From Candidatus Electronema halotolerans (GTDB taxonomy: Bacteria > Desulfobacterota > Desulfobulbia > Desulfobulbales > Desulfobulbaceae), in assembly GCA_942493095.1 (NCBI GenBank), contig OW818675.1, positions 1,320,001-1,352,000 of the forward strand: a stretch of DNA of 32,000 nucleotides, written 5' to 3'. Within the stretch, counting starts at the first letter, position 1, and every line of letters begins with the position of its first letter. A model generated the notes under the pieces. The model was not told the origin of the DNA, searched no databases, and saw only the letters and a list, made by a program, of their open reading frames with translations. This document shows, piece after piece, positions 1-8,482 of this stretch. Position numbers and translations under genes: made by a program.

Positions 1-104
1 AAGCCGCCTTTGTCCTGCATGAGAACATACGAAGAGCAACCTGCGGCTGAATCAAGGGCTGGCCGTCTGCCGCCCGGCAAGCCGCGTGTCACAAAGGAGA
101 ATTC

Positions 105-1193
105 ATGAAGACAAACACCCTGCGGAAACCGCTGCTCTGGACAACAGGCATTCTTGCTTTTCTGCTGGTCATGCTTGCCATCAAGATCGCCAATCCAGAA
201 GCGACCTTGTTGGGGTCAATCGGCCTGATCCTTCTGACAGTGCTGCGCAGTCTGCAATGGCTGCTCGCCCTGTCTCTGGGCGTGCTGTTCTGTCTGATCT
301 TTCTTTTTGCAGTCTTTTTTGGCGCAGTTGGATTGGCAAGCAAAAAGGAGGCGGCCCGCATGTACGGAGAGCTGCTCAAGACTGTGGGCGGCTGGTGGCA
401 GCCTGCGCTGAACTGGCTGCCGCAGTGCGACTGCAAGAACCAGCCTCCTGTTGTCAGCTTTGAGCCGGTGCGCCAAGAAGTGCAGACGGATATCAAGGCC
501 ATCCAAGATCAGCTTCATGCCACCAAAGACCTGCTCTCCGCCAAAGTGGAGCGGCTGTCCGAGCGGATTGACACGCTGGAGGAAATGACCGCCAGCATGG
601 CTGACAGCGGCCAAGTTGAGAGCCTGCGGCAGGAGGTCAGCGGGGCGATGGACTCCTTGGCCGGAATCCAGAGCGCGGTGGACGGCATGAAGACCTGCGT
701 GGAGCAGACTGCCGCCCAGTTGAGCGAAGTCACACCGGAGAAAGTGCTCGGCGATCTGCCGGAGCGGCTGCGGACGCTGGAGGAACGGCCCCAGCAGGTG
801 CTCGACATTGCGCCGTTAGAAAAGGACATTGCCGTCATGCAGGAAGAGCTGGCCTCAGTCCGGGAAAAGGCGGACAAGGCGCTGTCCTCTGCCGCCGCAC
901 TGCCAGAGCCAAAAACAGAAGAAGCAGCTTCTGCCGCTCCGGTTCAGCAGGAGGATGAGGAACTGCCTGATCAGGCAGGCACTGGCGAGCATCGGATATT
1001 CAGCTACTTTGATGACCCTGCTGACAAGGTCAAGGTGGCGGAAATGGTTGATGCGGCTTTGGATAAGAACATGAATTACAAGCAGGTGATTGATGCGGTG
1101 GTCAAAGGGCTGGGTCCGAAAAAGGGCAAGATCATCAGCTCGCACCCCTCACTGATCAAAGATTACATCCGCAGCTGCCGCAGCACTGATTGA
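105..1193 (+). CDS. Hypothetical membrane protein: N-terminal hydrophobic segments, long coiled-coil-like middle, conserved-looking C-terminal domain
   Basis: 362 aa ORF; hydrophobic stretches (LLWTTGILAFLLVMLAI, LLGSIGLILLTVL, WLLALSLGVLFCLIFLFAVFFGAVGLA), then Glu/Gln/Lys-rich coiled-coil-like sequence. Confidence 0.75.
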   Translation: MKTNTLRKPLLWTTGILAFLLVMLAIKIANPEATLLGSIGLILLTVLRSLQWLLALSLGVLFCLIFLFAVFFGAVGLASKKEAARMYGELLKTVGGWWQPALNWLPQCDCKNQPPVVSFEPVRQEVQTDIKAIQDQLHATKDLLSAKVERLSERIDTLEEMTASMADSGQVESLRQEVSGAMDSLAGIQSAVDGMKTCVEQTAAQLSEVTPEKVLGDLPERLRTLEERPQQVLDIAPLEKDIAVMQEELASVREKADKALSSAAALPEPKTEEAASAAPVQQEDEELPDQAGTGEHRIFSYFDDPADKVKVAEMVDAALDKNMNYKQVIDAVVKGLGPKKGKIISSHPSLIKDYIRSCRSTD

Positions 1194-1238
1194 TTTTTGT
1201 AAGGGCGAAAGTAACTACTCAGGCATCCGCCAAGCCTC

Positions 1239-2747
1239 TTGACAAAATCAACAGGTAAAGATTATGCTGCCGTTATGAATTTCAGTGTTCCTAGTGAAAA
1301 AGAAGTCCGTGCTGCATACGCAGAAGGCGAAGAAGCGGTCGTCGCCCTGTTTAGCAGTATAACTGCGCAGGTTGAAAACCTCGCCGCTCAGTCAGCCAAG
1401 CAGTCCGAGATATTGAAGGATTTGCAGGCCCGGCTGTCGAAAAACAGTCGGAACAGCGGGAAACCGCCTTCGAGCGATGGATACGGTAAAGCGAAGCGAA
1501 CGGAAAGTCTGAGAGAGTCCGGCAGGAAGCCGAACGGCGGCCAGCCAGGTCATCAAGGGCATACTCTTGAGCGGTCTGCGGCACCGGATTCTACGGAGAG
1601 GTATAAACCCGAGGAATGCGCGGCTTGCAAAATGTCGCTTGCGGATGTCGTCGCTGTCGGAGAGGAGGAACGGCAGGTTTATGATATTCCGGCGATTCGG
1701 ATTGAAGTGACCTCGCATCGAGCGGAAATAAAAATCTGTCCCGGCTGCGGCACGGAAAACAGAGGCAAATTCCCGGAAAACGTCGGACAGGGCATCCGTT
1801 ACGGCACGGGGGTGAAAACTTGGGCGGCATATTTCGCGAACCAGCATCATATTCCGCTTGAACGGGCTGCGCAGATTATCGAAGACCTGACCGGGCATTC
1901 CGTCTCCGAGGGTTCGCTGCTGAAGGCATCGGAAGAGCTTTGCGGATGCGTGCGTCCTTCAACGGAAGCAGTCGAAAAACTGCTCATGAATACCGATGTG
2001 TTACATGCCGATGAAAGCGGAGTCCGCGTGAAAGGGAAGCTGCACTGGCTGCATGTCGCTTCGACGAACTGCCTCACCCATTATTCGGTGCATGAAAAAC
2101 GGGGAAAAGAGGCGATGGACGCAGCGGGAATCCTTGGAAAGTTCACAGGAACAGCGACGCATGATCATTGGAAATCGTACTTCAGCTATGAAAACTGCGG
2201 TCATGCGCTGTGCAATGCGCATCATCTCCGGGAACTCAAGTTCATAGAAAAACAGTATGGACAAGTTTGGGCCGGCGAGATGGCCGAGCTGTTGCTTGAA
2301 ATAAAAGGCGCGGCTGAAAAGCTGAAGCCGGATCGGGACGGCTTCGCGCCGGAGAAGATCGAAGAATTTGAGCGGCGGTATGATGAAATCGTCCGACGGG
2401 GTTTTGCCGACAATCCGTTCACTCCGCCTAAGGAGAAAAAACGAGGACGGGCGAAGAAGACTCCGCCGCTCAATTTGCTGACACGGATGCGTGATTACAG
2501 GGCGGAGACCCTCGCATTCATGTATGATTTCCGGGTTCCGTTCGACAACAACGCGGCGGAAAGAGATGTGCGGATGATCAAGGTCAAGCAGAAGGTTTCC
2601 GGCTGCTTCCGAACACTTGAGGGAGCAGAACGATTCGCCTGTATCCGGGGATATATCTCCACGGTCCGTAAAAATTCAAGAAACATTTTTGAAGCGATCA
2701 AAGATGCTTTCCTTGGAAGTCCTTTTATCCCCGATGCCGCAGTATAA
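1239..2747 (+). CDS. IS66 family transposase
   Basis: 502 aa; typical IS66 features: N-terminal coiled coil, SGKPPSSDGY...NGGQPGHQGHTL, zinc-finger-like CPGCGTEN, HADESGVRVKGKLHWLHVAST, FDNNAAERDVRMIKVKQKVSGCFRT. Confidence 0.95.
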   Translation: MTKSTGKDYAAVMNFSVPSEKEVRAAYAEGEEAVVALFSSITAQVENLAAQSAKQSEILKDLQARLSKNSRNSGKPPSSDGYGKAKRTESLRESGRKPNGGQPGHQGHTLERSAAPDSTERYKPEECAACKMSLADVVAVGEEERQVYDIPAIRIEVTSHRAEIKICPGCGTENRGKFPENVGQGIRYGTGVKTWAAYFANQHHIPLERAAQIIEDLTGHSVSEGSLLKASEELCGCVRPSTEAVEKLLMNTDVLHADESGVRVKGKLHWLHVASTNCLTHYSVHEKRGKEAMDAAGILGKFTGTATHDHWKSYFSYENCGHALCNAHHLRELKFIEKQYGQVWAGEMAELLLEIKGAAEKLKPDRDGFAPEKIEEFERRYDEIVRRGFADNPFTPPKEKKRGRAKKTPPLNLLTRMRDYRAETLAFMYDFRVPFDNNAAERDVRMIKVKQKVSGCFRTLEGAERFACIRGYISTVRKNSRNIFEAIKDAFLGSPFIPDAAV

Positions 2748-2756
2748 AAAACGAGT

Positions 2757-2793
2757 AAGGCCGTCTTCAGCACTTCTGAAAACGGCCTTTTTT
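2757..2793 (+). terminator. Rho-independent terminator after the IS66 transposase
   Basis: AAGGCCGTCTTCAG-cactt-CTGAAAACGGCCTT followed by TTTT; 13 of 14 pairs. Confidence 0.75.
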
Positions 2794-2811
2794 GTCAGGC
2801 TGAGTAGTTAC

Positions 2812-2831
2812 GGGCGAAAAATTTTTCGCCC
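2812..2831. repeat. Perfect 20-bp palindrome inside the IS66 right end
   Basis: GGGCGAAAAATTTTTCGCCC is its own reverse complement. Confidence 0.9.
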
Positions 2832-2843
2832 TTACAGCAGATG

Positions 2844-4703
2844 TCACATTGCCAGCCGCTCCAATATCCGGTAGTTTCTGCTGACCATCTGCTGCGGGTC
2901 AACGAGCAGCCCGGCTTGAATCATGGCGTTGTCGTAAATCTGCTCGGCCAGATCCTTGGCAAAATCCTGATCTGTGGCCCGGAGATCAGCCACCTTTCTG
3001 ATCAGCGGATTGGCCGGGTTGATCTCCATGTCCTTCTTGTTGGCCATCGTCATCGGATTGTCATTGCCCCGGCCCTGCGAAGCGAGAATCCGCTCCATAG
3101 TCGAGGTCATGTAGCCGTCCGCATTGACAATCATGGCCGGGCTGTCCACCAGCCGGGTCGAGGGCTTGACCTCCTTGACCTTCTCGCCCAGCACCTCCTT
3201 CATCCACTTGCAGAGCGAAGTCTGCACCGCATCGGCAAGCTGCTCCTTGACCTCCTCTTTCTCAGTTGATTCCGGCAGACGCAAGTCGGCCCGGTCAGCA
3301 GAGACCAGCTTCTTCTCGTCAAAGGCCCCGATATGCGAGAGGACAAAATCATCAATCGGCTCCAGCGTGTAGAGAATCTCAATGCCGCGCTTTTTGAACA
3401 TCTCAATGTATGGGCCGCCCTCAATCGAAGCCCGGCTTGGCCCGCTGATGTAGTAAATCTCCTTCTGCCCCTCCTTCATCCGGCTGACATAGTCGGCCAG
3501 CGAGGTCATCTCCCCCGCCTCGGTGGCCGAGGACTCAAAGCGGAGCAGCTTGCTGATCTCCTCCTGATATTCAAAGTCCGTGGTCACGCCTTCCTTGATG
3601 AAAATGCCGAAGGTCTTCCAGAAGGTCGCGTACTGCTCCTTCTCGTTCCGTGCCTCCTCGTCTAAGAATTTGAGGAAACGTTTGGTGATCACCCGGCGGA
3701 TTTTGGCGACAAGGGCGTTGTCCTGAAGCGACTGGCGGGAGATGTTGAGCGGCAGATCTTCGGAATCCACCACGCCTTTGAGGAAGCGCAGCCATTCCGG
3801 CAGGATGCTCTTGCTGTGCTGATCAATCAGGACCCGGCGGCAGTGCAGGTTCACGCCCGGATCCATCCGGCCCAGGCCGATGGATTCAAAATTGTCCTTG
3901 GGCACAAAGAGCAGGGCGTTGATGGCCAGCGGCGTGTCCACCGAGAAATGGAACCGCCACATCGGCTCGTCATAGCCAGCGCCAATGAATTTGTAGAACT
4001 CGGTGTACTCCTCGTCCTTGATCTCGTTCTTGGAGCGCAGCCAGATCGCCTCAACCGTGTTGATTTTCTTGCCCTCCACCTTAACCGGGAAGGGAACAAA
4101 GGCCGAATACTGCTTGATGATCCGCTCAATGGTGAATTTCTGAGCGTATTCTTCGGCATCGTCCTTCAGCTCCATGATGATCTTAGTGCCGCGATGCAGG
4201 CCGTCACAGGGCGTGATGCTGTAGGTGCCGTTGCCGTCGGAGAACCATTCGCTGCCTTGGCTGCCGTCCCAGGAGCGGGTCTGCACCTTGACGGTCTTGG
4301 CTGCCATGAAGGCTGAGTAGAAGCCCACGCCAAACTTGCCGATCAGACTGACATCCTTTTTCGCCGCCTCAGCCAGCTCGTCCAAGAATTTGCCTGAACC
4401 GGAATGGGCAATGGTGCCGAGGTTGGCTTCCAGCTCTTCCGCAGTCATGCCGATGCCAGTGTCGGTGATGGTCAGAATGTGCTTTTTGTCATTGCAGTCA
4501 ATGCTGATTTCCAGCGGCACGTGCCCGTCAAACTCCGGCTTCTCGGTCAACGAAATGTGGCGGAACTTCTCCAGCGCGTCGGCAGCGTTGGAGACCAATT
4601 CGCGGACAAAGATGTCCCGCTCGGTGTAGAGCGAATTGATCACAATATCGAGAACTTTTCTGGTCTCGGCCTGAAATTCCTTAGTCTGAGCCTGGGCGGT
4701 CAT
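2844..4703 (-). CDS. htpG: Molecular chaperone HtpG (Hsp90)
   Basis: Classic Hsp90 motifs: FQAETRKVLDIVINSLYTERDIFVRELVSNAADALEK, ITDTGIGMT, LGTIAHSGSGKF, IGKFGVGFYSAFM. Start placed at MTAQAQTKEFQAE (4703) rather than the ORF start at 4814. Confidence 0.97.
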   Translation of the reverse strand: MTAQAQTKEFQAETRKVLDIVINSLYTERDIFVRELVSNAADALEKFRHISLTEKPEFDGHVPLEISIDCNDKKHILTITDTGIGMTAEELEANLGTIAHSGSGKFLDELAEAAKKDVSLIGKFGVGFYSAFMAAKTVKVQTRSWDGSQGSEWFSDGNGTYSITPCDGLHRGTKIIMELKDDAEEYAQKFTIERIIKQYSAFVPFPVKVEGKKINTVEAIWLRSKNEIKDEEYTEFYKFIGAGYDEPMWRFHFSVDTPLAINALLFVPKDNFESIGLGRMDPGVNLHCRRVLIDQHSKSILPEWLRFLKGVVDSEDLPLNISRQSLQDNALVAKIRRVITKRFLKFLDEEARNEKEQYATFWKTFGIFIKEGVTTDFEYQEEISKLLRFESSATEAGEMTSLADYVSRMKEGQKEIYYISGPSRASIEGGPYIEMFKKRGIEILYTLEPIDDFVLSHIGAFDEKKLVSADRADLRLPESTEKEEVKEQLADAVQTSLCKWMKEVLGEKVKEVKPSTRLVDSPAMIVNADGYMTSTMERILASQGRGNDNPMTMANKKDMEINPANPLIRKVADLRATDQDFAKDLAEQIYDNAMIQAGLLVDPQQMVSRNYRILERLAM

Positions 4704-4908
4704 AATCAGTATCCTTTGGCGATTATCTTTTTTTGGGTTTGCATCTGCTTGCTGACAGGAGACAATTCTGCCCTGCAACAGCCGGAACAGTAAGCACGAT
4801 TGCCCGTCTGTCAAGGCTGGGCCGAGAACCGCTGGCTGCTCTGCAAATGCTGCCCGCGTTGACAGTCCCGAATCAGTTCCGTGGAAAGGGCCTGCGGCAG
4901 GAGGCCAG

Positions 4909-5352
4909 TCAGTGTCCGGCAGTCAGCAGGCCGCTGGCCGCCAAAAGCAGAATCAGGATTTCGGCAATCGACATGAGCAGATAGGCTTTGTCCTTTTTTT
5001 TCCAAAATACCGGCACCATCGCCAGATAACAGAGGATCGAGGCTCCTGAGAGAATTGCGATGGGCAGAAAGTTCAGGAAATCGCCTTTGCTGATCAGCTG
5101 TAGCCAAGTCCAGCCGACCACGGCCTTATCCATCTGGAGAAAATCGCGGTTCACTGCCGCCACATAGTCGGCTGCCGGGAGCGTCCAATAGCGGGCAAGC
5201 TGATCCACCGGCACGACTGGGTCAAGAATGCCGAAGAGATAGAGCAAAAAACTGATCACCAGCAGCACCAGTCCGACCAGCATTCCTTTCTCCAGCCAGG
5301 CAGCATATATCATCTGCTCTTCCGGGGGAGCGGGAAAGTTTTTGGTTGCCAT
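4909..5352 (-). CDS. Hypothetical integral membrane protein next to the TauE/SafE permease
   Basis: 147 aa with about three hydrophobic helices; same strand as the next gene, 11 bp away. Confidence 0.75.
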   Translation of the reverse strand: MATKNFPAPPEEQMIYAAWLEKGMLVGLVLLVISFLLYLFGILDPVVPVDQLARYWTLPAADYVAAVNRDFLQMDKAVVGWTWLQLISKGDFLNFLPIAILSGASILCYLAMVPVFWKKKDKAYLLMSIAEILILLLAASGLLTAGH

Positions 5353-5363
5353 TTCCTTCTCCC

Positions 5364-6320
5364 TTACAAGAGGGTTACAGCCATCAGGCCGTCAAAAAGC
5401 GCTTTGCCGCCCGCAAAGGCGAGCACAACTATGACCGTGCGGCGGATGAAGGAGGGCTTGGCCTTTTTCAGTATCCGCACCCCGACAAAGGAGCCGAGCA
5501 TGATGCCGATCAGCGACGGGGCGACCAGCATCGGAATCACAGCCCCGTTATTCAGATAAACCCAGGCCGCAGAGGTGTCAGTGATGGAAAGCAGGAATTT
5601 GCTGGTGGCCACGCTGACCTTGAGCGGCGCGCCCATCATCAGGTTCAGGATGGGCACATTGGCCCAGCCCGCGCCAAGGCCGAACATGCCTGCCATGATG
5701 CCGACAACAATGAAGGTCAGCAGGCTGGGAATGGTGCGGTGAATCTGCCAGTCCACCACGCTCCTGTCTGGCAGCTGGCAGATGCCGCAGATGCCCAGCG
5801 CGGTGGACAGGGCATCTGGCTTGGGCACTTCCGGGAAGGTGGATTTCTTGGCCGTGAGCATGATGCCGACAATGCCGAGGATGGTGATGCCGAGCAGGAT
5901 TTTGATGACAAAGGCGGGCAGGGCCAGGCCAAACATTGCGCCGAGGATGGCGCAGGCTGAAGTGACCAAGGCCACTGGCATGGCGAGCCGGAGGCTGGCA
6001 AGATTGGCTTGGAGCAGACTCGGCCCGGCAGCCAATGATCCAGAGAGGGCGACCAGCAGGCCCGCGCTGCGGACAAAATCAATATGAAAGGGAAAAAAGC
6101 AGCCGATGATCGGCACATAGAGGACTCCGCCGCCAATGCCGCCTGGCACGGCAATGACTCCCATGAGGAACGTGGCGAGCAGCAGCAGCAGCGGCCAGAC
6201 CCACCAGGCTGTGCTGTCCATTGGTTCGGTTGTCAGACACGAGGTGGAAGCCCACACCATGCTTGGAATCAGTGTCAGCAGGGCCGCTGACAGGATAACC
6301 TTCCATTTGCCCGCCTTCAT
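5364..6320 (-). CDS. TauE/SafE-family sulfite exporter-like permease
   Basis: Multi-TM protein with GGIGGGVLYVPII, GAMFGL, GLGAGWANVPILNLMMGAPLKVSVATSKFLLSITDTSAAWVY. Start likely at MKAGKWKVILSAALL (6320); ORF extends to 6443. Confidence 0.88.
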   Translation of the reverse strand: MKAGKWKVILSAALLTLIPSMVWASTSCLTTEPMDSTAWWVWPLLLLLATFLMGVIAVPGGIGGGVLYVPIIGCFFPFHIDFVRSAGLLVALSGSLAAGPSLLQANLASLRLAMPVALVTSACAILGAMFGLALPAFVIKILLGITILGIVGIMLTAKKSTFPEVPKPDALSTALGICGICQLPDRSVVDWQIHRTIPSLLTFIVVGIMAGMFGLGAGWANVPILNLMMGAPLKVSVATSKFLLSITDTSAAWVYLNNGAVIPMLVAPSLIGIMLGSFVGVRILKKAKPSFIRRTVIVVLAFAGGKALFDGLMAVTLL

Positions 6321-6601
6321 TTTGCTCCTCCCTTTTTTTGCATTGAAACGGTGCTGAAAACACCAGAAAAAAGAAGGCTGAAAACAGCAGAACAGCAGAA
6401 CATGCGCAGGCATGTCAGTCTGCCATCCGTTGCTGCAACGCAATATTCAGCTTCTCATTTAAGAATAGCGGAGGGAACGGCAGAAGTGAAGGTGAAAACA
6501 GAAGACGTGCCGCGCACAATCAGTGGGGCAGGTGGGAATGTCTGGGCCTTCAGGCCCCTTTTCCAGCAGTTGACAAAGATGGAGCCTTGCGCTCCGCCTT
6601 C

Positions 6602-6811
6602 TTATTCTTTGACCACAGTCACGGTTTCCGCCTTGCCCCGCGCCCGGTACTCAGGCCGGTACATAGTCTCAACCTCTGAGGGCGGCAGGGCGTAGCTGCC
6701 TAGTGTGACCGCCAAGCTGGGCCTTTGCCAAGGGCGGGTCGATCTTGTCAAAGCGGGTTAACGGGCATCCTCATGCCGGGCTTGGCCAGCACCCAGTGCG
6801 CGTAAGCCAGC
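6602..6811 (-). pseudogene. Decayed 3' remnant of the alpha-2-macroglobulin-family gene at 15569-20992
   Basis: 6602-6710 aligns without gaps to 15569-15677 (ETMYRPEYRARGKAETVTVVKE* vs EAMYRPEYRARGKAGIVTVDKK*). 6711-6811 aligns to about 16602-16721. The roughly 0.9 kb between is missing and further small deletions are present. Confidence 0.88.
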
Positions 6812-6892
6812 ATTACATCTCAAGTCCTTCTTTCTCAATGCTCTTTCTGGCAGAAGCAATTGCCTGTCTTAAAACAGAATACAAGAAACAGT

Positions 6893-8125
6893 TCAATCGT
6901 CTGCTGCATCAGCCAAGGCAAAGGAAATGCAGTCCTCCTGATGCAGGCGGGCGATCAGCTCCAGTCCCTGTTCACCGAACCTGTCCCGCAGCTCGGCCAA
7001 GGTGCTTTGCCCGTCCAAAGCATCCAGCACCGGCTTGGCAGTGAAATCAACTGGCACCGACCAATTATAGCGCATGACCAGATAGCCGAAGGATTCCTCT
7101 CTGAGGCGGAACTCGGCAACAGGCCGCCACGTTGGATCAAGCTGGATTGCTGGCGCATTCTCCTGAATCGGCCCGGTCATCAGCGGATCCTGCCCAAGAC
7201 CCAGTTCCAAGGCGAATGAGCGGTCGCCGCCCCGGCAGCGGGAAACAGCCGGGCATTGCAGGCAGGCCGGAGCAATGTGCTGGCGGTACTGCTGCGCCTG
7301 TTCAGACTGCCAGATTTCCGTGATGGGCTGCTCGAAGATGTTGCCGAACACCGTGCCGGTCAGGTTGTCCGGGCGGACAAGTCCTTGTGGCGAGATGGCG
7401 CAGTGTTCGATTCCGGCATTGGAACCCTCAGTGGAATTGGGGACAAAGCATTTGGGCACACAGTTGCCAATTCGGCAGGCCGTGCCCTCAGTGTGCAGCC
7501 GCTCAATCAGCAGCACCGCCTCCCGGAATTGCTCCACAGCAGGCTGGAGGGGATGCGCACCAGTGAGGAAACGGTTGAACACCGCATACCCGGCCCCCAG
7601 CTCCTGCGAGAGCCGGATAATCTCCTCAATCTGCGGACAGCTCTCTCGCGTCAGCACCGTGTTGGTGAAAACCTCAATGCCTGCCTCGGCAGCGCGCCGG
7701 ATATTGGCGCAGGTCTGGGCAAAGGCATCTGCATTGACCAAGGCGTTATGGGCCGCAGCAGTGCTTCCGTGCAGGCTGATGAGCAGGCCCAGACTGTTTT
7801 TCAAGCTGCGGCAGGTGGTAATGACAGCAGCAGGCACAGGCCAGCGGCCATTGCTGAACAGGACATGCGGAATGCCGAGCGTGTCAATATAGGAAATAAT
7901 TTGATGAAATTTCGGGTGCAGGGTGGGTTCGCCGCCGGTCAGACGGATCAGTTCAGCGTATTTTCTGGGATTTTCCGGCGGGGCGATGCGGTCGAAGAGG
8001 TCGCGCCAGTTGGTCAGGGTCTGCTGACGCTGCTGGCCCCAGACATTGGCGCAGCCTGAGCAGAAGTTGTTGCAGGCGTAGGTGAGTTCAACAGCATAAG
8101 AGAGCGGGGCTGAGGGGAAGAGCAT
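6893..8125 (-). CDS. Radical SAM/SPASM peptide maturase-like protein with C-terminal PqqD/RRE-like domain
   Basis: CNNFCSGC (Cx3Cx2C) near the N-terminus, LTGGEPTLHP, SPASM-like Cys region CAISPQGLVRPDN...CLQCPAVSRCRGG, C-terminal FRLREESFGYLVMRYNWSVPVDFTAKPVLDALDGQSTLAELRDRFGEQGLELIARLHQEDCISF resembling PqqD. Confidence 0.85.
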   Translation of the reverse strand: MLFPSAPLSYAVELTYACNNFCSGCANVWGQQRQQTLTNWRDLFDRIAPPENPRKYAELIRLTGGEPTLHPKFHQIISYIDTLGIPHVLFSNGRWPVPAAVITTCRSLKNSLGLLISLHGSTAAAHNALVNADAFAQTCANIRRAAEAGIEVFTNTVLTRESCPQIEEIIRLSQELGAGYAVFNRFLTGAHPLQPAVEQFREAVLLIERLHTEGTACRIGNCVPKCFVPNSTEGSNAGIEHCAISPQGLVRPDNLTGTVFGNIFEQPITEIWQSEQAQQYRQHIAPACLQCPAVSRCRGGDRSFALELGLGQDPLMTGPIQENAPAIQLDPTWRPVAEFRLREESFGYLVMRYNWSVPVDFTAKPVLDALDGQSTLAELRDRFGEQGLELIARLHQEDCISFALADAADD

Positions 8126-8128
8126 GAA

Positions 8129-8287
8129 TCAATTGCTGCCCAGCGCATAGAGGCCCTTTTTTCTCTTCTGCGCTTTCAAGACCGAGCGGTCGGCGGTTTT
8201 GCTCAGGACAACACGCACCGGGCAAGGAGCCGTCTGAGCAGCACCGTAATAGTCATGCAGGCAGCTTGCAGGCTTTGTCTTTTTCAT
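8129..8287 (-). CDS. Small ORF (52 aa), candidate RiPP precursor B
   Basis: MKKTKPASCLHDYYGAAQTAPCPVRVVLSKTADRSVLKAQKRKKGLYALGSN; stop lies 3 nt before the rSAM start codon; shares YY, V-V/L-L and a C-terminal aromatic-ALGS motif with the ORF immediately upstream. Below the ORF-track length cutoff. Confidence 0.75.
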   Translation of the reverse strand: MKKTKPASCLHDYYGAAQTAPCPVRVVLSKTADRSVLKAQKRKKGLYALGSN

Positions 8288-8311
8288 GCGGATCACTTCT
8301 CTGCTCCCGTA

Positions 8312-8482
8312 TCAGTGGCTGCCCAAGGCGAAGATATTTTTTCGATCTTTGCCGGATGCGTTTTTCTGTGCAGGCGCGTCACCATTGCTGGTCAGAAGAA
8401 CTTTTGTCCGGGACTGCTGGCGTTCCGGCAGGTCGTAATAGGACAGAGAAAATTGCGGCGGTGTTGTGGTATTATTTTTCAT
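8312..8482 (-). CDS. Small ORF (56 aa), candidate RiPP precursor A
   Basis: MKNNTTTPPQFSLSYYDLPERQQSRTKVLLTSNGDAPAQKNASGKDRKNIFALGSH; start codon overlaps the 3' end of the STAND gene (CAACATGAAAAATAA); GAGGAG-like SD upstream; similar C-terminus to ORF B. Confidence 0.75.
   Translation of the reverse strand: MKNNTTTPPQFSLSYYDLPERQQSRTKVLLTSNGDAPAQKNASGKDRKNIFALGSH

Larger units (their letters stand above)
1199..2835 (+). mobile_element. IS66-family insertion sequence with a single transposase ORF
   Basis: IS66-type transposase; left end GTAAGGGCGAAAGTAACTACTCAG (1199-1222) matches the inverted right end GTAAGGGCGAAA[AATTTTTCGCCC]GTAACTACTCAG (2800-2835, minus strand) apart from a 12-nt insert. 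No obvious 8-bp target duplication (TGATTTTT / AGCAGATG). Confidence 0.85.

Noticed and set aside
1-104. Possible upstream gene end or promoter before 105
   Set aside because: Too little sequence to assign; only an SD-like AAAGGAG at about 92-98 is visible
3333-4793. Plus-strand ORFs opposite htpG (110, 166, 97, 129 aa)
   Set aside because: Antisense to unmistakable HtpG coding sequence
5346-5960. 204 aa plus ORF opposite the TauE/SafE gene
   Set aside because: Antisense shadow with no hydrophobic or domain pattern, while the minus frame is a coherent multi-TM permease
6351-6695. Shared protein string RARYSGRYI(V/A)STS(E/D)GGRA between plus ORFs 6351-6695 and 15333-15662, as a possible new repeat family
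   Set aside because: It is the reverse strand of the duplicated A2M C-terminus (MYRPEYRARGKA), not a separate coding repeat
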